Of a stretch of 64,000 nucleotides of DNA, positions 48,020-61,309 are shown in pieces; the first letter of the stretch is position 1; each line of letters starts with the position of its first letter. This DNA comes from Felis catus (taxonomy: Eukaryota). The notes beneath the pieces were generated by a model that worked only from the letters and a program-made list of their open reading frames with translations, was not told the origin of the DNA and ran no database searches. The DNA lies in the NCBI RefSeq assembly GCF_018350175.1, contig NC_058368.1:214460001-214524000 (forward strand), in the 5' to 3' direction. The position numbers and the translations under genes were made by a program.

Positions 48020-50248
48020 AATATGGAGGTATAAGTACCTGTGAGTTGATATCCTTTGGGGAAGCCTTTAGCCCATGAATGAGTTGTGCCAGAGTTTGAA
48101 GTCTCACTTCCCTTGTCTTATGTCAGGGCAAAGCAATGAGGTATGATTTATACTCTATAGGAGTAACAAATGTTATGTGAGTAAGGCTGAGGAAGGGTAT
48201 GTTCAGAATGAAGTGTGCTGACTAGATGCCATGCCTGTGTGTCTTGGCACAGTGTGTGATGGTAGGGTGGGGATGGCATGCCTTTGGGTTTTTAATTCCA
48301 GAGATGGGCAAAGAGAAGGAAGGTTGTAAGTCAGCTTTCAAATCTTACCTTTCTCACAGTTATTCTCAGGGATGAGCTATAGTCATAGATTCTCCCTGAA
48401 TCAAGGATTTATGTATCTCTGAATAGTGATTATTCACCCACAGAATAAGAGTCTTGGACAGATCATGGAGGGATTTTTTTAAATTCAGGCAAAATATTTT
48501 AGAATGGAATAAAAGCCATTTTAGGGATATTTCCCCCTTCACAACATAATCTATATACATAAATAATATCTTATTTGAATCGTAATTCATATATTTAATA
48601 ATAATTTGACATGTTGATGTGGTACCTTCCTAGAGCTGTAGAATCGATTCATTTATTGACAAATAAGACAATATTTATACAATCCTATATAAAAAACATG
48701 TTAAGAGTCTGTCAAAATAACATTTTTATCCACACTTTTATCCACTTGGTCCATTAAATATGTGTACTATATGATGTAATTAGTATCTTTGACATTCTTA
48801 ATTATCAGCATAAGATAACCTGTCTTTGTAAAAAAACAAAACATATTTGTTAATACTCCTGTAATTAGTATTGTGACTACATCAAAATTGGTTTCTAAAT
48901 ATGTATTATACACATTTAAGACTCTAGCTTGATAAGCTAAATATATGTGATTTTAAATATATAAGAATAGGTTGATAAGCTAAATAGTAAAGACAGATTT
49001 CTCCAACATTTCAAAACTAACACCATCATCTATTTAGATTCTCAGGGTTATAACTTTTGAAAACTACTATTTCCTCCTATGGATGGTACTTTGCACATCC
49101 ATTGCATACCTGGCTAACTTCTGCAGAAAACTTCATCATCTCTCTACTGGGCAGCTGATTTCCCAGCATCTAAGAGTTCTGGGCTCATTACAGACACTTT
49201 GCAAATATTTGTTGATTGAATGGTGAATTATTCTGTTAATTAGATGATCCTCCAAGGAATCAAAATTAACTTTTGACCAATCTATTCTTTATGGATTTTC
49301 CACTTCCAGCTTTAAAAACAATTTGCCCTATAGACATGTGAAGAGAAAACAATCTTTATTTTTCTATGGCATGTAGAATTCCCACCTGTAAGTTTTGCAA
49401 GTCTTATCTCTAGGCTAAAGATTCAGGAGTTCCTGAATATATTCTTTTTCTGTAGCATTAAAATGAGTGCATTTCAAACGCTTGGAAAGAGAAGTCAATT
49501 GAAGAAAATTTCAGCTTAGCCAGTGATTAATGTAACAGCAGGTATATTACTTTACTACTTTGTCAATCAGTTTCTATAGCATTAAAATAATGATATTTGC
49601 TCCTTTGCTTTTCATAGAGATGATGTGGAGATTAAAGGGAAAATGCTGGTCATGGATTTCATCTCTTGTGAAGCAAAGCTGCCATGACAATTTAGCTCCA
49701 TGTGGAGTTATTTTAAGCTTGAAATACTTCAGCCTAGTCCTTAGCTACCTAATGCCCTTTACACTTTAAAAAGCCACCCTGGTTGTACTGCCAGTGTAAA
49801 GTGCTGGTCAGAGCTTTTACATTTAAAATGACCACTATCTGGGACAGAGAATGTCTGTAAACCACACGAAGCACCTTTGGCTCTCTACCTGCAGTAGAGA
49901 ACCATAAATGTCATATAGAGAGCCCGAACAACCAACCGTCTTGTTTTTATGCAGTAAAGGACAGCACTAGGGTTTTTCTTAGAGTTACTGGTGCAGAGTC
50001 CACTGTTACGGAACATGCTTGTGTTCAGGCAAAAACTGGTTCAGTGGTTCAGTCATTGGATTTGAAGCTTCTGCTCTCACGCTGCATAGAAGAGGGCTGG
50101 AGGTAAATTAATAATTCTTTATTGGAAGGCAGCAACAGAAACCAGAAATGGCAAGAAGGGCATAGAGATACGAAATCAGTTAGAAAGCAAAACTTAGAAA
50201 TGCAAGAAACTGTCAAGAATGGTGAAGAGTTAGAGATGTTACTCTAAT

Positions 50249-50711
50249 TGCAAGTTAAAAACTTAGTCTGCCACAACTTCATGGATGCTGGCAGAAGACA
50301 CAGATTTTTGGGTTAGAGACAAGGGACTTTACAACTCACAGAGCATCAGGTGGCTCAGGCTTCATATTTGCATTGGTTCTCTTGTCCATCAATCCTGAGG
50401 GGTGATGCACTGGGATGCTTTAAACTCAGTGGGTGTGTGTCACAGCTGAGAAATCCTGAGTTTAAAGAAACCCTAATATTATGAAGTGGAACAAGCCAAG
50501 CTGCCCAACTTTTGCCCTAGGGAAAGATACTTTCTTTCTTATTCTGGTCAGGAACAAAACTGCCTTTTGCCCCAGATGGGCAATTCTTCACCATCCAAGT
50601 CTGTTTGCTATAAAAACATCCTTGAAAAAATAGTCAAGAACAAAAGCTATCAATGCCTCTACTCAGAAGACATGGAAATGTGAGAGACCAATGGAGAATT
50701 GCCTCACCAAA
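50249..50711 (-). mobile_element. ERVL solo LTR, MER76-like
   Basis: GGATGCTGGCAGAAGACAC...AGAGACAAGGGACTTTA; TTTGCTATAAAAACATCCTTGAAAA...GAAATGTGAGAGACCAATGGAGAATTG. Confidence 0.8.
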
Positions 50712-51174
50712 GTCTCGTGAGCTACTGAGCTGGCTCTCCAATATCATTAGTTGCCAGTATTCCACCCTTTCTCGGGAGCAGTGCCTCTCCACTTGTTATG
50801 CTTTTATGCATATCTGTATTCTAGTAAAGTGCTCTGCATGATATAAAATATTTTTGATAAATGACTTTAAACAGTTAACCGAAGGTCTCATTTTCTGATG
50901 CCAGGGTAAGTCCCTATTTTCCCTTCAGGAATTCAGTTTTGCTCAGCCATCAATCACTCAATGGGAAACTTTGCAAAGGTGGCATATCAGATAAATTCAT
51001 TAACCAACTTAATCCATTTTATGTATATACTAGAAATTGCAGGGGGATATTTTATTGTATTTACAGCCAAGAGAAGCAATTTAGTAATAAATTACATCTG
51101 TCATTTCATGCAGACTTCTGTATTTACCTTTTTTGGGTCACTTTTGTTAGACTATTGATTCCCGTATCTTCTTG

Positions 51175-51330
51175 TGTATCAAAATCCTTTGAGATCTTTT
51201 ATAATAATTAGGTTCCCTGGCCACTCCCAGAGAGGCTCTTATTCAAGATGTCTGGCATGTATTCTTGGAATACCTGATTTAGAAAACTTTCTGGGTGATT
51301 TTGAAGGCAGCCTGGGGTGGGCACTTGCAG
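51175..51330. mobile_element. MER5B-like hAT MITE
   Basis: GTATCAAAATCCTTTGAGATCTTTT...CCCTGGCCACTCCCAGAGA...CTGGGTGATTTTGA. Confidence 0.6.
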
Positions 51331-51882
51331 ATTTTAACTATAATTTCACAGTTACCAACACTTCTGCTGTTTATGACTTAAGAGGAAAACATTTAAAATC
51401 TGAAATGCAAGGAGCTTAGGAATATTCTAATCACAGCTGTGTAATTTTAACTGGGAAAACAATACATCCTCTGAAAAAATATAGGAATAAATTATTATAT
51501 GCTTTGAGCACCGCTGATGCTTTGAGGAAAAGCTTCTGATCCAAGAATTGTAGAACAAATGAAAAGGTGTGAAAGAGCTGGTGATTTTAAAAGGCTAGAA
51601 CTGACCACAGTTAGAGCAGCACAGTGCTGTGGCTGTAGAGAGGACTGTGATACAAACATAGTGACAGAGGGATGCCATCATAGCACCTTCTGGCCAGGGT
51701 GACTAGAGGTCATGCAGAGAATGTTGATGGAAGGGACTGAACGTGCAAAAGAAAAGCAGAACTGAATAGATTTATTAGTATATTGGCAAACTGTTAAAGA
51801 AGAGTGCCAGGTTTCAGAAGATTAAATACAGGACATTTCAAGATTCTAGTTTTCGATTTAATCACTTGGCAGCCTCTGAGTA

Positions 51883-51915
51883 TACTACTGCTACTACTGC
51901 TATTACTACTACTAC
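51883..51915. repeat. (TAC)n microsatellite
   Basis: Directly visible. Confidence 0.85.
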
Positions 51916-52370
51916 TTGGATTATTTTCACCCCATCTCTGAGTGTTTGCTTGAAATGAGGGGAGGATGTACCCAACTGAGTTTGCAACAAGTTACAGTTC
52001 TAGTTCCATATCTCTAAATAGCCATGTGATCTCTGAGAAATGTTAACCTCTCCTGGCCTTTGCTTCTAATCTAAAACATGAGTTGTGTTCAGTTAGATCA
52101 GATGGTTTAGAAGTGTCACCTCATAGCCTAATGCCTTGCCCTAACAAAATTTTAAATAATCTAAACAGAACCAAAAAACAGAAAATAACAAAATCTATCT
52201 ATATAAAATAATAATAAAGTTTAAACTCTGAATCTTTATTCTGAGATCATGTTTATCTTGGTTTTTTGGTGATAGCACTTATTTTATATGTAATAGAAGA
52301 TAATTTTTTTTATTTATACATTTTTAATATCTTCTTTACTTGGCAAAATTAGGAACAACTCTATGCTGAT

Positions 52371-52372
<2 letters not shown>

Positions 52373-52412
<40 letters not shown>

Positions 52413-52424
52413 ATGTGTGTGTGT
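52373..52424. repeat. (GT)n microsatellite
   Basis: Directly visible. Confidence 0.95.
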
Positions 52425-52459
52425 ATTTCCTAGTTTATTGAAATTCAGAAGTCTGGGAA

Positions 52460-53068
52460 TGCTGTGGAAGCAGTTTTGTAGTTTCTCAGAAGGCTAAGCA
52501 TACAATTACCATTTAACCCAGCAATTTCATTTCTACATATACAAAAGAATTGAAAACAGGGACTCACCCAGATCTTCATATACCCATTTCATAGCAACAT
52601 TCTTTACAATAGCAAAAAGATGGAAACAATCCAAGTTTCTATCAACAAATGGATAAACAAAATGTGGTATACATGTACAATGGAATATTATTCAGCCATA
52701 AAAAGAATGAAATTTTGATATATATGCAGTATGGTTGGACTTGAAATAAGTTAGTGTAATAAGTCAGACTCACAGGGAAAAATACTGTAGGATTCTACTT
52801 ATATGAAGTACCTAGAGTATTCAAATTCATAGTGAGAGAAAGTAAAACAGAGGTTACCTGGAGCTAAAGAGAAGTATGGTAGGAGGAGTTCTCATTTGGT
52901 GGGTACAACGGTTTTGTTTTGGATCATGAAAAAGTTGTGGGTATAAATAGTAGTGAACGTTGAACAGCGTTGTGAGTTTGTTTACTGTCACTGGATTTCA
53001 CACTTACAAATGGTTAAAATGACAAATAGAATCTTATGTGTATTTTACCACAATAATAGTAAAAAAAA
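52460..53068 (+). mobile_element. Old L1M 3' end (L1MB-like)
   Basis: AATTACCATTTAACCCAGCAATT...GGATAAACAAAATGTGGTATAC...CAATGGAATATTATTCAGCCATAAAAAGAATGAA...GTATTTTACCACAATAA. Confidence 0.9.
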
Positions 53069-53411
53069 GTCTTAAAACTGCTAGACCACATGGCCTCTCA
53101 ATTTTTGTGTCCTTCTAGTATTTCTTCTTTAACCTGCCCTTGCTTAATATGCTAAGGATTTTTGACTATAGCAGATTATATTTAAAGATCAAGAACTACT
53201 TTTCAGTTATGATAAAGTCTATGGTTAATATCATATTTTATAGTATAGTCCCAACTCCCTTAAAAATAATGAGTATTAAAAGTGTTTTCTGTAAATTGTG
53301 GGCTTTTGGTAGCTTTCTGTTTTTTCTAAATTTTAAATAAACATTGATTTTTAAATAAAAGAAAAGCTATTAACATAAAATTTATAAATAAGAGTTTTTT
53401 AATTGGGCAAA

Positions 53412-54372
53412 TGTGGTAAGCAGTCTTCTAAGATGGCCTCCTGTTATCCCTATCTCCTGATATTCGTGGGTTTGTATATTCTCTTCCTTTTGAGTACAGG
53501 TTGGACCCAGTGACTTGCTTCTAACCAATAGAATATGGCAAATTTCTGCGATTCGATTATTAAAACTTTTATTCCCAATTTCCCAGAAGATTCTTTACCG
53601 ACTTCTTAGTTTTCAAGCTTTGATGAAACAAACTGTTATGTTGGCAATTGTGGTGGTCAGTTTTATGTGTCAACTTGGCTAGGCTATGGTGCCCAGCTGT
53701 TTGGTTTAACATCAGTCTAGATGTTGCTCTGAATGTACTTTTTGGATGTGATTAACATTTAAATCAGTAGACTTTGAGTAAAGGAGATTAGGTAAAACAA
53801 ATAATGTGGGTGGGCCCCTTCCATCAATTGAAGACCTTAAGAGAAAAGACTGAGGTCCCTGTAGAAAAAGAAGTTCTACCAGCAGACAGTCTTCAGACTG
53901 GAGTTGAAACATCAACTTTTCTTTGGGTCCTCAGTCTGCTAGTCTGCCCTGCAGATTTTGGAATTGCCAGTCCCCACAATAGCATGAGCCAATTCCTTAA
54001 AATAAAACTCTATATATATATTTATATAAATCCTATGTGTTCTGTTTCTCTGGAGAACCCTGACTAATACAGAGAAGTCTACATGGCAAGGAACTGAAGA
54101 CAGCCTCAGTCTAGTAATCACTGAGGAACTGAATCCCTTAATTCAACAGACTGAGAAGTACTGAACCTCCCAACCACCATTAAGTGAGCTTGGAAACAGA
54201 CCTTGCTCAGTTGAATTTTGATTGCAGCCTTCTGAGAAACCCTTAAACAGAGATTCTGCTGAACTGTAGTCTGGATTTCTTATCCACCAAAACTATAAGA
54301 AAATAAATGTGTGCTATTTTAAAGCTGCTAAATTTTGGGATAATTTACTATGTATCATAGATAACCAATACA
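53412..54372 (+). mobile_element. MLT1F-like MaLR LTR, split by an MLT2 LTR
   Basis: TGTGGTAAGCAGTCTTCTAAGATGGCC...GACTTGCTTCTAACCAATAGAATATGGCAAA; resumes ACATGGCAAGGAACTGA...TAGATAACCAATACA. Confidence 0.88.
53649..54071 (+). mobile_element. MLT2 (C/D-like) ERVL solo LTR
   Basis: TGTGGTGGTCAGTTTTATGTGTCAACTTGGCTAGGC...TTCTGTTTCTCTGGAGAACCCTGACTAATACA. Confidence 0.92.
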
Positions 54373-54780
54373 GTTTTTTTTTCAAGAAAATATTTGTAAG
54401 CAAAATGAAAACACCTGAAAAAGAACCTGACTTTTTGTATTCTCTGAAAAAAAAGGTTTGCTGATAATTTGTTTACCTGCCACTAGTCACCTATCTCCTT
54501 TCCTTCTACTTTGTGCTTCTGGTCTCCTGTAATACAGGATATTCATAGCTAGACTTTTTAGCATTAATATTAAATAAGTTGTGAATAGTGAGGGTTTAAA
54601 TATTCTGTGTGAGAGAAAGGTACATTATTTGGTTCATAGACTTCATGCCATTTAGTTTGGCACTCAGGTGCCATTTTATTTTCTTGAAGTTTCTTTACAG
54701 TGTTTCTGAAAAGGAAATATCCAAGGGCATCATTAGAGTCTTTTTTTTTTCTTTTATTAAGAAAACTTGAAATGTAAGAG

Positions 54781-54786
<6 letters not shown>

Positions 54787-54825
<39 letters not shown>
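54787..54825. repeat. (AG)n microsatellite
   Basis: Directly visible. Confidence 0.95.
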
Positions 54826-54829
<4 letters not shown>

Positions 54830-55390
54830 ACAAGTGAGCTTCCTACATAAATTAGGAAAAAAGGCTCACACTTTGGATTTGAGAACACATTGCCCTGAAG
54901 TATTTTGGACATCATTAAATGGTTGCAGTATTTTTTTTATCTTCAGCTTCAATATTTTACTTTCACACATTTTCTATCTTTGAAGTTATATTGTCTTCTA
55001 CTATTTGAAGAACCAGTGATTCAAAATGAGGGCAGAAATGTCAAATTATGTTTTGAGTGGAGCACAGGCTGAAGAAGGTCTTGGGATTTATTTCTGTGTC
55101 CACAAATGACTTGTAGTGCAGTAGGGCACAGTTCTGCTAAATCTCTCCAAAGATTGCCAGTCTACAATGTGGGTAGATTCACAGAGTTTTGTAGAGGTAA
55201 TTCATGTTTGTAAATACTCTAAGACCCTTGACCAAAAGAAGCTATTGAGGTGCAAAGTATTATTTTCAAGTGGCAGAACATCTGGAACCTATGAACTCTA
55301 CCGAATAAAGTGGTTTGAGTAGTTTACTTAACACTTCTTGTGTTTGGTTTTACTGATTGCTGGGCATGAAAGAAATAGAGAAGATCCAAA

Positions 55391-55660
55391 ACAAATGAGC
55401 AAAGGGAAAAACAAAAGAGGGAGAGAGCATGTGGCAAACCAAGAAACAGACACAAAACTATAGAGAACAAACTTATTGTTGCTAGAGAGGAGATAGGTGG
55501 GGGGATGGGTTAAGTGGGTGATGGGGATTAAGGGGTGCACTTGTTGTGATGAGCACTGGGTGTTTTATGGAACTGTTGGCTCACTATATTGTACACCTAA
55601 TATTACACTGTATTAAACTGGAATTTAAATAAAAACTATAAAAAATAAAAAATAAACAAA
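55391..55660 (+). mobile_element. Short carnivore L1 3'UTR insertion
   Basis: ACAAATGAGCAAAGGG...CACTTGTTGTGATGAGCACTGGGTG...AACTGGAATTTAAATAAAAA; TSD AGAAGATCCAAA (55379-55390 / 55661-55672). Confidence 0.93.
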
Positions 55661-57520
55661 AGAAGATCCAAATAAAGTTATTTCATTCTCTTGTTTTAAG
55701 AACATTGTGCCACGAAGCAAATTTCACTTGAGGGTATTCCCCTTGGTATTCTTTGGTGTTTCTTTACTTTTCATGAATCTGTTTAGTTTTATGAATCTCT
55801 ACATGTAGATATGATTTTTTAAAAAAGGTGGATGCCCTAAAGATATCCTTAGAATAGCATATTACTCATGTGAGGCTACCAGGAGGTTCCCATATCAATC
55901 AATATGGACTGTCTTTCCCTTACATTTGAAAACATGCTGAAGAGAAAGGTGTTGCTGAGGGCAGCATCTTCAGTGGTACTGCGCACTCCTGCCTTCCACG
56001 TTCCCCTTCAGTATGACTCTTTCAGTGACACCCTCAGCCCTTCAGCTTGGCAAAATGTGAGAAGTGTGGCCACTGGCTTTCATCTAGCAGTGGGAAAGGA
56101 GAGGCGATATGTGCTGAACTTGTCACTGATTTAAGCTCACTTTTGCTTTAGAATGTCTTAGACATGGCGGTGAGATAGAAGGGTTAGCACGTGCACTTCA
56201 AGAGACATTGAATTGCCTACATAATTAGTTTTCTCCAAATCTCTCATTGTTGAGAAAAAACTTAGTTGTTGGCTTTTAAAGATATGCTATGGGTGTATTT
56301 TATGATTTTTTCCCCACTAGTTTCAGGTACTACAGTTAGTTATTTGCTATACCTCACAGCCATTTGATTAGCCTGTATAAATGTCAGTCTGAGTGAATGG
56401 TTTCACTTTATGTAGTGTCTGGAAGTCTAACTAATGGTACCATTATAAAGTGAGGAAAGGAAACAACTGTAAGAATCACAGGCCTTCGTGGAAATTGTCT
56501 TGTTCCTTCTGATTTGTGAAGTCTACCAAGTGTTAAGAGCTCCTTGATTGAGACTAACAGTCCTTGAACGTAGGGATGGAGTTGAGTTTTAATGCAATTG
56601 AATCGCAAACTATATTTTGTAGACTCACATCAATTGGCAGGCTAGAAAATGAGGACTGGCAAAAAACTCACACCCATAAAATGTCTCTTAGGCTCATCCA
56701 CCTCACATGCTTTTTTCTATCGGTGTTAGCATATTTGTCCCAGCTCCCTGGACTCAAGTCTTTGTGAGGAATTACAACTCAATTTTTCAAGATCACCTCT
56801 GAATCACATCAGTCACGACTTTCTCTTACATCTTGGCCACAGAGTTTCTCTTTGGTAGTCTTCTGGTGGTTCTCTACTTCTCTGGCTTCTATCTTATCAC
56901 TTCCTACCAGTTTTCTTCCTACAACTTTGCCAGGTTTTTCTCTGCTTCCTTCCTCATTTCTCCTCCTTTCCCTATCCCTTAACTGCTCTGTCGCCTTCTT
57001 CCCATTGCTCTTCTCAGGCTACATTCCTTTCCTTAGAAATCTCACCGTCACTCATCATTTTGTATTGCTTAAATGCTAATGATTCCCAAACATATATATC
57101 TTGTCTTGACCACTCCATTGATGTTCAGATTTATCACAGCCTGTTCTGTCTATCCATTTGAGGTTTTCAGTCACCTCAGATGAGAAATATACAAAATTGG
57201 ATCCATTGACCTCCCCTTTGAATCATCCTCTTGAATTTTAAATAATATCTGACACACCACCCACTGAGCTAGCTGACACAGACAGCAAGTCAGCAGTGAT
57301 CTTAGATATTTCCTTCTTCACTTTTCTTATCCAACCAGTCCCACTACCCTTTCCATTTGATCTCTCAAATATTTATAGAGTCTTTCCTTAGTTTTCCTTG
57401 ACTATTATTGCTTCACGGGTTAATACTCTTTCTCACCAAAATTATGCTAACAGTATCCTAACTAGGCTTCTTCTTTCCAGCCTCACTTTGTCTTAATTTA
57501 TGTCTTAGATGGAAACTTTA

Positions 57521-57744
57521 TTTTTTTTTAAATTGTTTTTAATGTTTATTTATTTTTGAGACAGAGACAGACAGAACATGAACAGGGGAGGGTCAGAGAG
57601 AGAGGGAGACACAGAATCCGAAACAGGCTCCAGGCTCTGAGCTGTCAGCACAGAGCCCGACGCGGGGCTCCAACTCACGGACCGTGAAATCATGACCTGA
57701 GCTGAAGCCGGATGCTCAACCGACTGAGCCACCCAGGCACCCCC
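57521..57744 (-). mobile_element. Can-SINE, full length
   Basis: Canonical body; perfect TSD AGATGGAAACTTTA (57507-57520 / 57745-57758). Confidence 0.98.
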
Positions 57745-58169
57745 AGATGGAAACTTTAAAAACAAAAATCTGACCAGAACACTCTTAAAATTAGAATGGT
57801 ATTCTTTCATCTATAAAATTAATACCAAACCCCATAATATAAACCCAAAAGACTGCCTTTGTTCTCTTTCTTATATTATGGTCTTCCTCCTCCAGACTGA
57901 TTAGCCATTAGCAATTCTCCCTCAATCTTCAAGACTAAAGTTCAAGTATAACTACTTAAGAGACCTTCCTTGTCTCACTTAGGCTGGGCTAAATGCCTCT
58001 TCTCTTACCTGAATAGCACATATCTACATTATCACTGCACTTGTGAAGTTGCAGAATTATATTCATTATCCTATGAGGTCTTGAATACTACCATCCTTCC
58101 ACTTCCACAGCTCAGTATAGTACCTAGATGACACTTGGTGAACTGAGATGGAATATTTCAAGTAATTAT

Positions 58170-58405
58170 TATTATTATTTATTATTTAAAAAATTTTTAA
58201 AACATTTATTCATTTTTGAAAGGCAGAGAGAGACAGAGCGTGAATGGGGGAGGGGCAGAGAGAGAGGAAGACACAGAAGCAGAAGCAGGCTCCAGGCTCC
58301 TAGCTATCAGCAAAGAGCCTGATGCAGGGCTCAAACTTACCGACCCCGAGATCATGACCTGAGCGGAAGTTGGCCACTTAACCGGCTGAGCCACCCAGGC
58401 TCCCC
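58170..58405 (-). mobile_element. Can-SINE, full length
   Basis: Canonical body; TSD ATTTCAAGTAATTAT (58155-58169) / ATTTCAGGTCATTAT (58407-58421). Confidence 0.97.
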
Positions 58406-58735
58406 AATTTCAGGTCATTATGATGTCAAACAAATGCTATAGTAGCTTTATAACCAACATCCTTGCCTCCAAGACATTCTCACTACAATCCACCTTGCAC
58501 ACAATTGATAGGTGAATATAAATAGAGCACTGCTCTTATAAATTTCCTTCCTACCTAAGATCTACAAAAGCTTCCTAATGCTTTATGAAGATTTATGATC
58601 AAATTTATCTCTTTCCTCATGTGACTCATCCTACTTTATCTATTCAAATACATCAACTACTGCTTTTCAACTATCTCTTCTTAATTCACACTGCTCTCCT
58701 TTGCTATCATCACTCAGTTCAATCCTCATAAACTT

Positions 58736-58944
58736 TTAAAAAGTTTATTTATTTATTTATTTTGAGAGAGAGGAAGAGAGGGAGAAGGGGAGGGGCAGAG
58801 AGAGAGGGAGAGAGAGAATCCCAAGCAGTCTCCATGCTGTCAGCACGGACTCTACACAGCGCTCCATCTCATGAACTTTGAGATCATGATCTGAGCCAAA
58901 ATCACGAGTCAGATGCTTAACCAACTGAGCCCACCAGGTGCCCC
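58736..58944 (-). mobile_element. Can-SINE, older subfamily
   Basis: GAATCCCAAGCAG...AAATCACGAGTCAGATGC; perfect TSD AATCCTCATAAACTT (58721-58735 / 58945-58959). Confidence 0.97.
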
Positions 58945-61309
58945 AATCCTCATAAACTTCCAACTTTAAGTAAATTTTTAGCATTTAAAAAGTGCTTTCA
59001 TCATGCATGCTCATTTCCTAATTTTTGCTCTTCTTGCTATTTTGCTTTCTTTGTGTCCTAATTGAAATTTATTTTCTTAAAGGTTCAAATCACGATTATC
59101 ACTCCTCTGATATCCACAAGAAAAGACAGCAGTCTTTTCGTCAGTCTGTATTTTTCTAATAAAGACACGTAGTTATGTTTTTTACCATACTATTTCTCCC
59201 ACTTTAAATATCTCTCCAAGTTTTTCTAATGTTAAAAGCTGTGTATCTTTCCAACTAGCATCAGAGTTTCTCAAAGGTAAAGACTAAAACTTCTCTCTCC
59301 ATATATAGTTTCATACATGGTCCTTGGAACAGAATAGATTCCCTCCGTGGGTGGCATTTACTAAGATTTTCTTCTCCTTCTGTGAAATAAATTTATTTTC
59401 TTCTTATACTTAAATTCATTCCTGGAAGATGGTTGATGTATCCTTAAGTTTCTTTTCTCATAGTATTCTTATAGTATTTTTGCAGAGTACTTCAAGTAAT
59501 CAGAAAAATTATTTTTTCTGTATCATGACGTTGATCTTGACCTATCCCCCAAAATGAGATTTTGCTCTGCAATCAGTGAGACCACTGTTCCATGCACAAA
59601 TAATAATCCATGGCAAAATACACTGTATCAGCATGACAACAGTCTAATAAACTAGAGTTGAAGTAAAGGATATGTTGAGTTGTTTTTGTTTTTTAATCCA
59701 GTTCAGTAAGGTGATAGAAACATAATATTTGGCAAAAACGAATGTTAGTTTACAGGTTTACTTTCCTTTGGTTGCCTACCATGAATTCTTTTTATTTTCA
59801 CACACATCAGCAGTATTATGTAGAAATGATGAGTGCCTATATCTTGGAGACTAGGTCTTCGCCTTAAAAAAATAAAACAAATTTTAAATCGAACACAGTT
59901 GTGGAAAACAATGATAGTAATACAAAGATGAAGTACCATGTTCTGTGTAATGAGATCTACTGTTTAGCTAACAACCACTTTTTCACATGTTATAATTGGG
60001 TAGGATTTATGTTTCAGGTTAAAGCTTCTCGAGCAAGCAAATTCTAGAGATTTTTAAAATGTAAATTTAGTGGGAACAATAAATCCCCCCAGGGAGTCCA
60101 GCATTATTTACAAAGTCAATTGGGCTATGACAGTGATCCTTCTTTTTATCTCTTGTATTGCTCCAACTCCATTTTCCAGCTTTTTCCTAGAGCTCCACAA
60201 CCTATAACTTAAACAGCATATATCAGGCATACTAAAGTCTGCTCTTCTCATCAGGGGACTTGTGCAATTGACTGGCTGTCCTGGTGAGAAGAAGAGCAAA
60301 TTGGTATAGGGCAAAAGGTCAATCTGCATTCATGGTGCGCTAATGTCTTTGTAGATGAAAAAATTATAATAACCCTCCTGGATATACCACACTGTATGCA
60401 TATCTTTTTTTTTTTTTAATAAAACACTTGTGCAAATTCTTTGAAGATATTTTAAGTGTAATTGAACTGGCAGTTTTATCAGGGTACTACTTACCAATGG
60501 CCTTCTGCCTCCCATTTAGAAGGTACTTCCCTAGGAAAGAATGTTGTTCTGGAACTCTCCATTCAGACAGGACCCTTGTCAAACATGGGCACCCAGCTGC
60601 CTTCATCTCTTTCATATTAATCTCATATCCAGTGGATGACAGTTTAATAATAAGATTCACTATTATTTAATTTTTAATGAGCATAGCACATCTGAATTTC
60701 AAAACATTAAATCTTAGTGTTTGTTTCAATGTTCCATATCTTGCTGTACTGAGGGGATGTTTCTGGTGAAATCACTTAATTAACAGCCAATCACAATGAG
60801 GGCCCTGTCATTTCAAGTCTTGAGCCAACATGCACCATATAAACATGATTAATAAAAGAACACCCTGGAGTAAAAGAGGTCAGTAGCTGCATCAGGACAT
60901 TAAAAATTTGACTGTGGCATGTCAACAACTTAATTGAGTTAAGTGTTCCATGAAAAGAATTGAAAAAGTCAGAATGAGAAACAGGGGCTTTATTTCCAAA
61001 ATTGTTGATGCAGGATTTTTTTTTTCAAATGAAGGAATTTTGCATCTCTAGAAGAAATATCAAAGTGTTAGTTGGTCTCTCTGAAACAGAAAATTAAATG
61101 CCTCTATTGATAGAAAGACTAAAATGTGATGTGATATCTAATGGATCCTCAGTAATTCTTGTTCTTTTTAATTTAAAAAGGATAATAATAATATAGCAAG
61201 AATTTCAGAAGGTAGAGTTATTTACAAAATCTAAAGAGAAGTATGGGCTACTTTGCCTTTTATCAATCTGTTCCAAACCTTCTTTTTTAGGTGACTAAGA
61301 AAGCAACTT

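Larger units (their letters stand above)
56790..59340 (+). mobile_element. Fragmented L2 hosting three SINEs
   Basis: ATGCTAATGATTCCCAAA...CAGTCACCTCAGA...CTTCAAGACTAAAGTTCAAGT...AGACCTTCCTTG; AATCCACCTTGCACAC. Confidence 0.65.
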
